A program made the position numbers and the translations under genes. This document shows positions 1 to 13,667 of a stretch of DNA of 64,000 nucleotides, one piece after another; position 1 is the stretch's first letter; every line of letters begins with the position of its first letter. The notes beneath the pieces were generated by a model. That model made no database searches. It was not told where the DNA came from and saw only the letters and a list, made by a program, of their open reading frames with translations. Origin of the DNA: Callorhinchus milii (taxonomy: Eukaryota); NCBI RefSeq assembly GCF_018977255.1, contig NW_024704742.1, positions 112,656,001 through 112,720,000 of the forward strand, read 5' to 3'.

Positions 1-1600
1 GCGGAGATGGGCGATGCGTCGGAAGTGGAAGAAAGCGGTGCTGGTGAGGGACCGGATGTGGGGGAGGAAGGATAATTAGGGGTCGAACCTGATGCCTAGG
101 TTGCATACGAGTTCGGAGAATTTTAGGGGGAGGTCGGGTAGGTGGAAGAGGTAAGAACCATGTGATTTTAGACGTTGACGAAAGCCAAAGAGTCTGGCTT
201 CCGTCTTGTCAACATTCAGTTGAAGGAAATTTGCGCTCATCCAGCCCCTGAGATCTGACAGGCAGGCTGACAAAACATCAGGGGACTGGGGGTCCAAAGT
301 GAGGTGGAAAAATAAGAGTTGGGTGTCATCCGGATACATGTGGAAATGTACCTCATGTCTGCGGATGACATCTCCAAGAGAGAGCATGTAGATCAGAAAG
401 AGGAGGAGGGTAAGGATGGATCCTTGGGGTACCCCACAGATGACCGGGTGAGAGCGGGAGGAAAAGCTGTTTGTGCAGATGTGCTGCTGGCGGTTCGTGA
501 GTGAGGACTCGAACCAGGCGAGTGGGATCCCACTGAGGTGGATGACGGAGGAAAGGCGGTGGAGGAGGATGGCGTGATCGACTGTGTTGAAAGTGGCGGA
601 GAGGTAGGTAGAGGGAGCCCTGGTCACAGATAGAGAGGATGTAATTTGAGGCTTTCCGCAGTCTCTGTACTGTGGGCAGGGCGGAAACTGGACGGGAGGG
701 GTTTGAAGAGGGAGTGGGAGGAGGTGTGCGTGGCGTTGATTAGCAACAATGCGTTCTAGGACTTTTGCGAGAAAAGGCAGGTTTGAAATATGGCGGTAGT
801 GGCCAAGGTTTGAGGGATCAAGGAAGGTTTTTTGAGGAGAGGTTGATGACAGCAGGTTTGAGGGGGGCAGGGACTGATCCAGAGGAGAGGGACTGGTTGA
901 TGACATCAGTCAGTAGTGGGCAGAGGAGGGGGAGCTGGGTGACCAGCAAGTTGGTGGGGAGGGGGTCGAGGCAGCAGGTCGTGTGTTTCATTGAGGTGAT
1001 GGTGGGTGAGAGGGAGGAGGGAGAGATGGGGAGGAAGGAATGTAGGATGGGGTTCGAGGTAGGAGTTGATGATGGGGAGGGTGATGGGGATGGAGAGGGG
1101 GTGGTGGTGGGTGACAAGAGTCAGGAGGATGAGGCAGCCTGTTATGTATTTTGGATGAAAAGAAGTCCATGACCTCCTCACACTTGGCATTGGATGTGAA
1201 GATTGAGGAGGCCTGAGGGGATGCACGCAGGAGGTAGTGGGTGGTGGAAAAAAGGACTTTGGGATTGTTTTTCGCCTCCAAGATGATGTTGGAGTAGAAG
1301 GCCGTTTTCGCGCGCAGCAAAGAACGGCGGTAGCTGTGGAGATGCTCGAGGCATAGTTGATGGTGAACTGTCAGGCCAGTTTTCTGCCATCTGCATTCAG
1401 GCAGCCAGGTTTGGGTTTTTAGGGAGCGGAGATGATTGTTGTACCAGGGGGATTGGGTGCGTTTGGAGATTGTCCTGGATTTCAAGGGGACAAGGGAGTT
1501 GAAGGTGGAGAGAGGCGATCATGCAGCAACTGGACGGCTGTTTCAGGATCTCTTTTGGTGGAAGGCCAGAGGGATAGGATATTTGAGGATGTGAGGGCCT
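1..1600 (-). mobile_element. L2-clade LINE ORF2 fragment (subfamily a), RT domain, frameshifted; 3' end lies beyond the left window edge
   Basis: Minus ORFs contain [41 protein letters not shown] and upstream PWYNNHLRSLK; closely similar to the copy at 40160-42371. Confidence 0.95.
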
Positions 1601-1664
1601 TGGGCGGTAGACCATCATTATATCTCCACAAATTGGGTTTTCTCCCATTCCTGCCAGGACATTT

Positions 1665-2570
1665 GCAGCGTACCCCAAGACTTCATCCTTGGCCCCGTCC
1701 TTTTACATGATCCCTCTCAGTGATATCATCCGTAAACATTGAGTGAACTTCCTATATGGACGGAATCCAGATATACTATTCTTCTTCTACTAGTGACCAA
1801 GAGCTATCCTCTTGGTTGTCAGACATGGAGGCCTGGATGAGTACCAGCTTTCTGAAGTTGAATATTGACATGATGATGTCCATCAGTCTTGACTCTCACC
1901 AATATCTTCTCACTTGCGTTTCGCCATTCCTTAATCTCCCCAGCCTCTCCCTCAGACTTAATGAACCTGTTCGCAACCGAGGCACCAGGTTTGATCCCCA
2001 GCTTTCTTTCCTACCCCACATCTGGTTCCTGGCCAGGACCTCTTTCCTCCACCAGCGCCACATCACTCACCTCAGAGCATACCTCACTCCAATCGTACAC
2101 CCAGTTGAAATCCTTATTTACACCTCAATTTTTCCAACTCCCTCCTGCTTGCTGGTATCCCCAGCTCAAATAAAGTCCACTGATTGAAATTCCGCAGCCA
2201 ATAGTCTCACCAGCACCAAACTCTGCACCTACATCTTCCATTCCTAAAATTAATTAATTCCCTGGCATGCCCATACCTCTCCAACCTATCACTTTGCTTG
2301 GCTGGCTTTTGTCTACTTCATGTCCCTCATCCCCTCCTCTCCACCATTGATAGGCATACTTTCAGCCACTATGTCCTAAAACTCCGGATCTCTATGCCTC
2401 AATCCTCCATCTTGCCTGTCTTTAGTTTGCATCTGAAGACCTTCCTCTTTGACCGTGCCTACAATCAACTCTATTCTCTCCCCGGCTCTGTGCCAAGCTC
2501 TGTCACTGTTTAGCATTCCTAGATTCACCTACATGAAGGCTGTTATATAAATATAAGTTGTTGTTGTTGT
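1665..2570 (+). mobile_element. Old 5'-truncated L2 LINE, RT C-terminus to 3' tail
   Basis: Degenerate GVPQ..LGP, WMSTSFLKLNID and LKTFLF motifs; ends in (TTG)n at ~2557-2570. Confidence 0.9.
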
Positions 2571-3669
2571 ACAATAGGCAAAGGGTGAGGATGTCTCTGA
2601 AGGTTAGAAAATGTTGCAGATTAAAAAAAAATGGGGTTGTTATTGCTGTACAGTTCAAAAGTTTGTTAATAAAGCTGAATAAGCTCTTTTGATTTGGAAT
2701 TAATACTGCAATGGATTGCCATTCCCTTGTCTACCATATATTTCAGACTTTAATTTCAACCAATATTTCTGAAGTGAGTAGGGTTGTATCGTCACACTGT
2801 GCCAAGCAGCCCCAAGATACATTTTATAATCAGCTTGCTTTTTTTCTGGCTAGTTTTATTTGGATGCCCTATTTAGCTCTCTGCATTAACCAGTCCACCG
2901 CCTGGCTCTCCTCATGATAAAAAAGCAGCCTCTTGTGTGTTAACCCAACCTACAGGCTGATAAACAATATGTTGATACAAGCAATTCCCTAGAGTTGGAT
3001 TCTGTGGTGCTAAACATGATTTGAACTGAAGAGGGCAGTATTGACAAGTGCACTGCATGATCACCATATACAGCATTATATGGATCACTGATTATATGGC
3101 TTGCCATATAGGTTGAATATATACCCTACAAAGCCGAGAGACTTCAGTCATAAGTGTTAAAATGGATTGACATGTGGAATTAAATTATGGTACAATATAA
3201 AGCATACACAATGCGTGGAAAAAGCTGTTGCACAAGTGCTGTGTTTGCACCTTCAATTGTTCAGTCCAAATCTATTTAAAACACAGTTTGAAGTTTAATT
3301 CCAATTTAGAGTCAAAAGACACCTGCTTGGGCTATAATGAGGAGCTTAAAGAGAGTGCCTAATTACGCACTCGTAAAATCGGTGCAATTCTACTTTCTAT
3401 CTATCATTTTGATTGAACAATGCAATCTTATTTAATTCTTTAAGCAATGATAAGAAATTAAATCCAGAACTTAGTGAAAACTGTCAGACAATAGAAAGCA
3501 AGCAACAGAAATACTTTGCCCTAGTTCCACTTCTCCAATATTCTTTTTTCACCCCTTCTATTCTGGAATCAGTGTCAAGTACACCACATGATTGTATCTT
3601 GCTCATGAGTTTTTTCTCCACTGTTAAGATGATCATTGCTGCCTATGTAGCTACATGGAATATTACAGT

Positions 3670-3990
3670 CAAACTCCTTATCTTAGGAATTTCAATAAAT
3701 TTCAATACCTATTTTACCCCTCCCTGCCCAATTTCTGCTGATTTTTCCACCTTCCTCTCCTCCCTGAAACTCTCCCTCCACATCAACTCCCTCATCCACA
3801 TCCATGGGCGCACCCTTGACTTGATCATTACCAAGGCCTCTTCATCGTCAACATCTGAAAATGCCTTCTCTGACCAGTTCTTAATATCCCTTACCTCTCT
3901 CATCTCACCTCCCTGCCACCAAATCTGTTACCATCATTGGAAAACATATCCTTTCCATTCTCTCAAAAGTTCTCAAGCCCTCCCCCCTTG
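3670..3990 (+). mobile_element. L2 AP-endonuclease fragment
   Basis: HINS..HIHGRTLDLIIT and FSDQ (decayed SDH); similar to the endonuclease region of the L2 at ~60050-60250. Confidence 0.75.
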
Positions 3991-3999
3991 TCATATTGA

Positions 4000-4125
4000 A
4001 TCAGGTGAATGAAGAAAGGACAGGTAACTGGGAAGGAAATGATTACTCTTTGAAAGAGTCTGAAGACATGACAGACCGAATGCCCTTTTTCTGTGCTATA
4101 CATTTCTGTGGTTCTATAGTTTTAT
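4000..4125 (+). mobile_element. CR1 LINE 3' UTR fragment
   Basis: Resembles the reverse complement of the CR1 3' end at 60936-61030; ends TTCTGTGGTTCTAT. Confidence 0.65.
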
Positions 4126-5392
4126 GGCTCTCTGCCGCTTACCCTTACCTCCCTCATTGACCTTCTGCTCAACTTGCTACCGTCCTAAACAGCCTCTAAA
4201 GACATTCTAAACACTCATATCACATACCAAAGTGCCTTTTACTCCTGCACCGCAACCATATACAGTATTTTACATCAATAGGTTATATAGCTGTGCTTCT
4301 GATTGGAGGTGGGACTTGACCTGGTGAAACCAGCTGAACAGAAGATGAGAGAAAAATATATATTCAAAATATTTCACATATATGTAATGCTAAAGCAATT
4401 CAGATTTATTTTTATCAAGATCCATCAGTTGCCATATCTAATTCTGCAAGATGTGAAGGTTATTTTAGAATAATTGTGTATTTATAAGGGTCTGGAAATG
4501 TATGTGGTTTTCTGTAGTATGGACAGGGAATTAGCCCAGGTCATGGATTCTCTGTAGATAGGCAGCTCAGTCAATCCAGTGTTACAGAGAAATGACTGAG
4601 CCTTTAGAACTGTAAAGAGTGGTAAATTATTTATCAGTCAATTTGAATGATTTTTATGGTTTCCATAGAAACACACACAAAGCTTCCAGCAAAGACTTGG
4701 CTATGATCTGGGAATGTCTTTTTCCTTTTAGATTTCTTGCCAGAAGTTTAGGGTGTTAGTCACTGGACATATTGTACATTTTTGGCTTTTCTGTTTGTTG
4801 TACTTAAAACCCAGACATATCGTTCCAACAACTGAAAATCATTGTTTGGAAAAATATTGTGTACATTAGAACCCAAAAAGGAGGTGATCAAATTGGACTT
4901 AGCCAAGCAAAGCAGTACAGTACGAGGCGGTTCACTATTTATGGATATTTTTCTTGTATAACTGACTGGAAAAGATTTCTCCAGGGGAAACAAATAAATC
5001 AACAAATACCATATCCCATTCAGCAGCAAAAAAAGTACTGGTATCAATCTTTGAGTCACATCATTCAAACCAGTATATGTTTCTTCTCCTCAGTTGGATG
5101 CTAATTAATTACTGTTTGAGGTGAGATTCTTTCAAGAATATCTAAGCCCAAACAGTTCATTGAGTTCATTGTGAACTTGGGTTGCCACATTTCTACACTA
5201 ATAAATTCAATGTGTATAGCAAAGCTATTCAAATATTCACTTACTGGGTACAATATTAATGAAAATGGGAACTATAGTCTTCCAGAGTACCTTTATTAAT
5301 ATTTTATGACTTAAGGAATAAATTGCAGATTTCATGAAATTAGTGTACAATATATGGGTATTTGAATGTGCTGTATTTTTTGATTATTGATA

Positions 5393-5690
5393 GTAATAAT
5401 AATAATCCTTGCATTTGATGTAGCATATTATCAGCACTTCATAGATTTATTGTAAATTTCTGTGATTGTGTATTTTGTAGGTGATTGCTACAGCTAATTT
5501 ATGCATAACAATGTCCCATAAACAGCCATGAAGTAAATGACATTTTTTTATCTGACAGATTGTTGGCTGGACACCAGGATAAACTCCCTTTTCTGTTCAA
5601 AGAGTAACTAGGGATCTTTAACATCCATCTGAACAGGCAGATGGATTCTCAGTTTAAAGCTTCCGACATTGAATAGCTACAGTATTGCCC
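5393..5690 (-). mobile_element. Deu-domain SINE (SacSINE1/AmnSINE1-like), partial
   Basis: Reverse-strand Deu core (GGATCTTTAACATCCATCTGAACAGGCAGA on +) and (TAA)n tail with L2-like end. Confidence 0.8.
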
Positions 5691-6509
5691 ATCTCTTAGA
5701 ATGTTATAGCAATATTGATATGTAAGTAGAGAGATCGATATTAATGGCTGTTTGGCAAAATATGAGCACGTAAGTAAGCAGGTAAATATGTATTAGCTTG
5801 CTCTTGAGATATTAGCGTTTTAACACTTTGCTCAATGGGTCATATTTGAATGAAGTCCAATTATGGTAAAGTTCAAGAATAATCAGTTATAAATAAACAG
5901 TTTATCTCAGTTTTGTTTTTCCTATTCTTTATGTCTTGTATTTTCTGTATTAATTTATTCTATATATTCTGATCTATGTTTCTCAATTTTTCTTTTACCA
6001 GGTTGCCATCTTTTTTTAAAAAAATGTTGTATTCTGTTTGCCATTCTCATGTGTTCCCTTTCTGAAAGCTATCAGTATTACTTTCCTACCCTGAATTATG
6101 AATTAAGACTCCTTGTTTAAAACCTTTTACTGAATGATAAACACTTAATTTATTCTATCAAAGATTCATGCTGGACTGTCAGAGAGGAGGCCTCGCAGGA
6201 TTCAGAGGTGTCTGCTAGCTGACTGTGTTTGCCTGGGGTGACATTCACTGACTGACCATGGAGAATAAATCCATAGAGTGTAAACAGATGGGGTATATAA
6301 AATTCATACAAGGAGTAAATTGCTGGACAGGATTCTGAAAGACAGTTATGATACGGTGAAGGAATAAATTGAAAATTACTTCTAGACCAAAAGAAATTTA
6401 AAGCCAGTTGGAGGAAGATCACGGAGTTTCTCCTGGTGTTGTGGCTGACAAATCCCCAGAGGAGAAAAAAATTGGTCATTCACTTCATGAAAGCTGAAAG
6501 CTCACCCAT

Positions 6510-6980
6510 TACATGTCAGGTGGATCAGGTAGGGGGACAGTGTTAGCTGAGTGGAGGGAGCAGCAGGGGAGGTAAGGTTGAGATGGTCACACAGATAGGG
6601 TGGGTGAGAGTTTAGAGGGATTTTGACTGTCAGGACAAGTGACTTTAATTAAATCCAGTGGGGGATGGTGAGCCAGGAGAGCTGCAAAAGGACAGAGAAG
6701 ATAGGTTCATAATGTGTTGTGTGGTAGAGGACATGGGCTGCAGAACTCTAGATGGTCTGCAGCTTGTATAGGGAGAACCCGAATCCGAAGAGTTTAGCAA
6801 GCCGTATGTTGGAATAAGCAAGCCTGGATATGACAAAAGCTTCGGTGAGAGTCTTGGCAGCCCAGGGGGAGAGGTAAAGGCAGAGGTGGGCAATGTTGTG
6901 GAGGGGTGGGAAACTGAGTGCGTGAGAGCCTGGATGGAGGGCTTGATCCTATATCTGGGTTTTAACCAGAATATTTGAGT
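6510..6980 (-). mobile_element. Old degraded L2 3' fragment
   Basis: Degenerate similarity to the C-terminal ORF2 region of the younger L2 copies in this window. Confidence 0.65.
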
Positions 6981-7524
6981 AAAAGATTTCTCCTGAGTCA
7001 TTGATATAGTTTCTAAGGTCTGTTTCTTGTTTGTTTTGGAAGACATTGAGGGAATTGATTTGAAGATACAAGGGGCATCAGTCCCAATTGTTGACTCTTA
7101 TCAGTATTGTTATTATTGACTTGGACCTCAAGAATCTCAAGCTGGCTGGCACATCACAAACTCTGTGTAAAGGTCCGCCCACCACCCTGAAGGCAAATGG
7201 CTGCCAGATAGCTGATTAGGGAACTCTGAGGCTTGATGCGATAGCTGCTGGAAGGCGTTACCTGGAGTCTGAGTTCGTGAACACACATTTATACATCCAG
7301 CGCCTGGAATCCACCTTGATTGGCCTGCAGTGAGGCAAGCAGTTGTTGCTTAAACTCTGCATCTCCTACTGATGGAAATATTGCTCAATGTGAAAGGATG
7401 TGTGCCCAAGCTGCGGACAGGAAGACAGAGGCAGTGCCATCACCCATTTCATGCTGAGCTGTGTTGCCCACCAGGAATCCTGCAGGGAGTTGCTTGTACC
7501 TACCATCCACATAGTGAGGGCTCA

Positions 7525-8965
7525 AACAACAACAACAAGATTCCATTTATAGAGCGCCTTTCACGTCGGGAGGACGTCTCCAAGGCGCTGCACAGATTGG
7601 GTCAGGACCCGAGCAGGGGGGAAATGGTCAGGGTGAGGGGAGGGAATGGAGGGAGCGAGGAGGGGGTAGGGGGTCGGAGAGGTAGGAGGGAGCAAGGCCG
7701 TGAATGGCCTTGTAGGTGAGGATGAGGATCTTGATCCTCTGGGGGATGGGGAGCCAGTGGAGGCGAGCGAGGGTGGGAGTGATGTGGTCGCGAAGCCCGG
7801 TGCGGGACAGCACATGAGCTGCAGAGTTCTGAATGACCTGCAGCTTGTGGAGGGAGGTGCCGGGAAGGCCGGCGAGGAGAGAGTTCCCATAGGTGATAAA
7901 GGCGTGGGCCAGAGTTTCAGCAGCGTGAGGGGTGAGGTAGTGCCGTAGTCTGGCGATATTCGGGAGGTGATGGAAGGCAGTGCCAGTTGTGGTGTGGATA
8001 TGAGGGAGAAAGGACAGCTCAGGGTCGAACAGAACACAGAGGTTCCTGATTAGCTTTGAGAGGTGGAGAGTGCAGCCTTGGATGCTGATGGTGTCAGCGC
8101 CTGAGGTGCGGAGGCGCTGACGCGAGCCAATAAGGAGGGCCTCAGTTTTACGCACGTTGAGCTGAAGAAAGTTGTCTCTCGTCCAAGACTCGATGTCAGA
8201 CAGGCAGACTGTCAGGACATCGGTGGTCGTGGAGTTGAGGGTAGAGGAGGAAAGGTAGAGTTGGGTGTCATCCGCATACATGTGGAAGTTAACCCCATGT
8301 CTGCGGATGATGTCACCAGGGGGAGCATATAGAGGGTGAAGAGGAGGGGACCGAGGACAGAGCCCTGAGGGACACCGCATGAGACAGTGCGGGGGCTGGA
8401 GGAAAAGCCATTCGTGGAAACAAAGTGAAGACGGTGGGAGAGGTACGACCTGAACCACTCAAGGACAGGGCCTTGAAGGTTGAGGTGGGAGGAGAAGCGG
8501 TGGAGGAGGATAGCATGGCCGACCGTATCGAATGCTGCCGATAGGTCGAGGAGGACGAGGAGGCAGAGGGAGTCCTGGTCACAGATGGTCAAGATGTCAT
8601 TGGTGACCTTGACCAGGGCAGTTTCTATGCTATGGGCAGCATGGAAACCCGACTGAAGGGGTTCGAATAATGAATTGGTGGAGAGGAAAGAGCGCAGCTG
8701 GGAGGTGACAACTCGTTCCAGGACCTTGGACAGGAAGGGGAGATTGGAGATGGGCCGGTAGCTTGATAGCTGCGACGCATCAAGGAAGGAGTTTTTCAAG
8801 GTGGGAGTGATGGTGGCAGTTTTTAAGGGAATGGGGACAGAGCCAGAGGAGAGGGACAGGTTGACGATGTCTGTGATATGTGGGGCAAGGAGGTGGGAGA
8901 TAAGGAGTGGAGTGAGGATGGGGTCAAGGGAGCAGGTGTTGGGTTTCAGGGATAGGATGAGTTTC
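7525..8965 (-). mobile_element. 5'-truncated L2 LINE (subfamily b) with RT domain
   Basis: YRPISNLPFLSKVLE, QSGF, LLDLSAAFDTV, GVPQGSVLGP, YADD, LHWLPI; (CAA)n tail at ~7525-7538. Confidence 0.97.
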
Positions 8966-8981
8966 AACAAACCCGCGCTTG

Positions 8982-9345
8982 TTGAACGACTGTCCTCCTT
9001 GAGGCGAGGTAAGAGGGGCCTCCTTAGCTGAACTAGCTCCAAGGTGACATGCCTGGTAATGGAATGTCAGAATCAAGCCAGCCCTTTTTGGCAGTCTTGG
9101 TAGTCTGGTACTTGAGCCAGGTGGGTCTGCAGTATTCCAGGGCACTGCTGATGACAGCACAGCCAGCCTGGCTCATCGGCAGGACCTGGAACAACAGACC
9201 AGTCACTGAGGGCAGAGAGACATTCCACTCAGCTCCTGCCAGCCAAAGCCTTAATGGGTAGGGTGGTCCTAGTTGGACAAGCAGTGGGAAAGCTTGCCGG
9301 ACATCAATATCACTGGCAAGCTATGCGGTTTTAGCTGGTTAGACT
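8982..9345 (+). repeat. Unclassified interspersed repeat 'X', copy 1
   Basis: Shares TCCTCCTTG, GCTCCAAGGTGA, CAGCCTGGCTCATCGG, CCACTCAGCTCCT and GAAAGCTTG blocks with the copies at 42826, 47717, 32775 and 56445. Confidence 0.85.
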
Positions 9346-10459
9346 GGAAAGGGAATAGTTATAATTTTGTTGGGGTAAGCAGGAAGAAGAGTCATTGATA
9401 TCTGTTTTTTTTGGCACAGTATTGCTCTCTTAAGGTGCTGACAAACATCTGCCTTCTGGTATTCTATCTAAGTAGCAATATTGGTGTCTGGACTATGTAG
9501 GCACCAGATTTGAGTGCAAATCCTGTGTTTACCCGATATTGATGCATAACCCTATTCCAGCATTCACTATATAATAATGTCTATTTTTACCTCTACTAAA
9601 CTCAGACCAAATGTAGCTCCCCAACTGATGCCCTCACATTGAATTTTCAACCTTCTAGTTTATATTGCTTGGTGCCTGATGCAGATAAATGATTTTACCT
9701 GGCTCATCGGCTCCCCCCATGCCATCTAAAAATATTTATATTTCCTGTAATAATTTCTGGTCTACCGAGATCATGTGTTGTTTTTTTTCTTTTACACTCT
9801 CTCAGCCTAGATTCTAGTAGTTGTGTTCTTGTCACACGTGGCATGAAAAATGCTTCATTTGAATAATGGCTAAAAAAAATCTTTGAAAAAATGGTATGAA
9901 ACTGGTCGAGCCAGCAAGTAAGCACATTATTTAGTTTTGTCCGAGTGAGACAGAATCCCTAAGTTCTGAAGGAATTTGCTAACAAGAACTGCTTGAAATT
10001 AAGGTGGATCATGAGTCAGAGTGCAGTAAGTCCAGGTTTATTATGGAAATCTAAAGGGAGGAGGAAGATAAATACTATAAGATGGGACACATAGGCAGAG
10101 ACTTCCTAATGTCAGCCAGCTGTTTAGTGAGATGTATCCAAGGGAATTTCAAGTTAACATTTTGACTCTGTTCTGCTTCATATTGCCTGAGACCTTGCAG
10201 CTGTTTCTCACTTGTTCTTGCTTATTTAAATCAGCATCTCTCAGTTTCCTCAATGTGTCTTATATAGCAAGGCAAAGTGTGCAAAGCTTTATTATGCAGC
10301 CACTGTATGCAGTGCATAACAACAACAATTTACATTTTTGCAACGCCTTTCACATCGGGGGTGGTGGGGGGGAAAGAACTGAAGCACTTCGCACAACAGA
10401 AGAGGCACAAGCATAGGCAGAAGCAGAGGCTGGGTAGTTCTGAGATCTGAGGCTCAAGC

Positions 10460-10640
10460 GTGAATGCATCAGCTGGCTGTAAACATCTCACATGAGCACC
10501 TGAACCCAGTTCTTCCTGGTCCCACAATACCAAAACCTCCCATAACTCAGTATAAATTGGCACTGAATTGGCAATCTTACTCAGAGCGATCATAAGGACA
10601 GCTCAGAATTTGATATGCTGCACTTTGCACCGAGGTTGTA
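10460..10640 (+). mobile_element. LF-SINE-like fragment
   Basis: Ordered blocks TGGCTGT, CCAGTTC, CAAAACC and AATTGGCACTGAATTGGCA resemble the LF-SINE body as recalled; not verified by search. Confidence 0.45.
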
Positions 10641-10669
10641 GTGTAGATCTATTGTTGCGCAACATGAAG

Positions 10670-10835
10670 AAAGATTCATATTATATTTAACTGCACTGGT
10701 GGAGGCCAGGATGCTGGATCTATTTAAGAAATAGCTTGAAGCTGTAATGGGAATAAAATGGGGTGTACATTCAGGAAAGATGAGATCAAATGGGCTGAAG
10801 TGCCTTCTTTACTCATAGTTCTCTTGTAATCTTGT
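10670..10835 (+). mobile_element. CR1 3' end fragment
   Basis: GTGGAGGC..TTTAAGAAATAGCTTGA..ATGGGCTGAA..CCTTCT..TCTTGTAATCTTGT pattern typical of CR1 tails. Confidence 0.6.
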
Positions 10836-11294
10836 GAATGCCAAATGTAATAAGCGTTCCATTTCTCAGAACTGACATGCCGTATCTGAAGGTATCATTT
10901 CAAAAATTCTATGATTTATAAAAGAAAAACGACGATTTTTGACTGGAATTCCAGAAAATTCTCTCAGTGCACACCTAATACTGCACAAACATTGAGGGAA
11001 ACATTTTGAATTGAATGGGCACAGTTTGCAGCATTTTAACATAAATCACAAGGAACATATTACACAGTGAAGTTTCTTATTATTTCTGATGCTCCAAACC
11101 CTACCACCCCACCCCACCCCCTACAAATCTGAAGAAATTCCAGAATTAAAAGATTTTTGGGGTCTATTAGCAATTTCAACAGGACAGATAAGGAAACTAT
11201 CCAAATAAAGGTAGGTTCCTGAACTAGTTTTATTACTGTTCTATCTATCTGGTTGACAGATGAAATGGCGAATATGCGGAGGGAAATTTAAAAT

Positions 11295-11705
11295 AAAAAT
11301 TTCATACATTTGATATAGTACCTTTCACATTGGGAGGTCATCTCAATGCGCTTCACAAGATTTATGTACAGTGCACTGGTTGTGTATTTTGTAGGTGAAC
11401 ATGACAACCAATTTGCCCACAGCAATGTCCCACAAACAAACAATGAATGACCGGGTTTATCTTGGAGAATATTGACCAGGACACCAGGAGAAACTCCCTT
11501 CTCTTTTTTGAATAGTGCCAAGGAATCTTAATGTCCACCTGAACAGGCAAACTAGACTTGGTTTAATGTCTCCTCTAAAGGATAGCACCTCCAACATTAC
11601 AGCTCATCCTCAGCACTGCATTGCAATGTCAGCCCAACATGGGGCTTGCACACAAAACGTTTGACACAGAGGCAAGAATGCCACTAACTAAACCTGGCTG
11701 ACGCT
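11295..11705 (-). mobile_element. Deu-domain SINE, near full length
   Basis: Decayed tRNA-like head at ~11640-11705, Deu core and L2-like tail. Confidence 0.85.
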
Positions 11706-12467
11706 TGGCAGAGTTGCCCTGGGAAGTGGTGCGGGTCTACACCAGGGATAATAAAGCACAAGTCTGTGGTGCTGAATATTACATCATAGATATTACAAGG
11801 GTGTGTTAAAAGGAGTTGTTGAACATCACAAACGTTACCCTGAATTCTTGTTTTATGAATACTATCTGCTGAATTATTCCTGCTATTCACTGCAATGAAA
11901 CAACTTTGTTTTCGAAAAGAAACAGTTAGGTGACAAGCATTGATTTTGGTAGTTTAAAATCTTCATGTTCACAAACTGATTTTAGCACTGTAATTAATAT
12001 TATTACAGTATTTCTCAAAGCTTAAATCCATTTGAAGACTCTTTGGGGCTTCTCGTGAAAAAAAACATTGAAAGCTAAGAAATGTCATTGTTTTTGGAGA
12101 GTTGGGGACCCCAGATTTGTAGACAATTAACCTCCATACTAGGAACAAACTTCAACATTTTCCAAACCTCTGCACATTCTTAAATTTTAAAACAATGATC
12201 CTAACATCTTAAGGTAATGAAAGATTTTAAGCCTATAATCGGAACCGTAACAAACCGAATGAGCCTGACCAGAGAGCATGACTCTACATATTTCATGAAG
12301 CTTGTTGGCTTCCTAAGGATACATGAATCCTTAGGTTCTGACGTTTTTATCAGCCAGTATATTGTGAGATCACAGACTTTGGCACATCGTAGTTCTATCG
12401 GCTGTTTGATAGGTCTCTGAGCTGAGGATTTCAAGATTGTAAAGTGCTGTAAAGATTGTAAAGATCT

Positions 12468-12895
12468 AGAGGATCGAGTTCAAGATCCTCGTCCTCACCT
12501 TTAAGGCCATCCATGCCCTTGCGCCCTCCTACCTCTCTGACCTGCTGACTCCCTACCAACCTGCCCGCTCCCTTCGTTCATCAGGCTCCGGGCTGCTCCA
12601 TGTCTCCCAACCGACCCATCCTACCATCGGTGGCCGGGCTTTCAGCCTCTCTGCCCCACACTCTGGAACTCCATATCACGATCCCTTCGCCTCGCTTCTT
12701 CCTTTGCCTCCTTCAAGGCCGGTCTCAAGACCTTTCTCTTCGACCGTGCCTTTGGTCTCCCTCCCACCTCTCTGCCTTCCTCACCCCTACACCACGCCTC
12801 CCCTATGCTCGGGCCCCGACACCTGACTACAGCGCTTTGGGACATCCTCCCGATGTGAAAGGCGCTCTCTAAATGTCATTTTGTTTGTTTGTTGT
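12468..12895 (+). mobile_element. L2 3' fragment
   Basis: RIEFKILVLTFKA motif, 3' stem-loop AGCGCTTTGGGACATCCTCCCGATGTGAAAGGCGCT, TTG-rich tail. Confidence 0.92.
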
Positions 12896-13667
12896 GTGTT
12901 TGCTGCGCTAAGCCTATCTGCCAGGCTGATAGAAATGGCATTATTATCTCATGAAACACAGAGGAGCACCTTTCCAGTTTTGGAAGATTAACATTCAGGC
13001 GGGGAAATGAATTATCCATGAGAAACTTCCAGGTTCAAAATGTTTGAGTCAAGACACTGTGTTTCAGCTTCATGAAATATGTAGCCAATGGGGGTGACTG
13101 ACATCCCAAAAATGGGTGGCAAGTCAATGGATACCCATTTTTTTAAACACTGTTATTTTTTCTGTGGGAGGGAAGCAGACTGACTGGAATGGTAACATTG
13201 CCATTTATAGTGCAAGGCACTGTGAATACTAAGTTCACAGTATTTGTCCATTCAGTGCTACCCTAATGTTTGGATGGCTTGCAAGGGCGTAACTGTACCA
13301 TCAGTATGAATGATGCCTTGGATTACTGCAGACCTGCCTGGCAAGGATACTCCTTTGCTTAACTTTCAGAAAAATATTGTCCTCACAAATAATAGAAGAA
13401 ACCTCTGAAAGCCAATGGGACAAGACTGAATGGGAGGAATGTGCTAAAAAGATACCACCAGATTTGCAGCTAGATAGGATCACTCGCTTTCTAGTTTCTT
13501 GCTCTACTTTCCTTTAATTTGGAAGCTAGATTTTTGGGGTACCCATAAAGAGCTGCAGAAAAAAAGGATTCCAAATTTAAAATATTTAAAATTAAGATAG
13601 TGGCTTGAATATTAAGACCATGAGCAATTTTAGGTTTGACTGTGATGATGGGCAGATCTGTTGAGAG

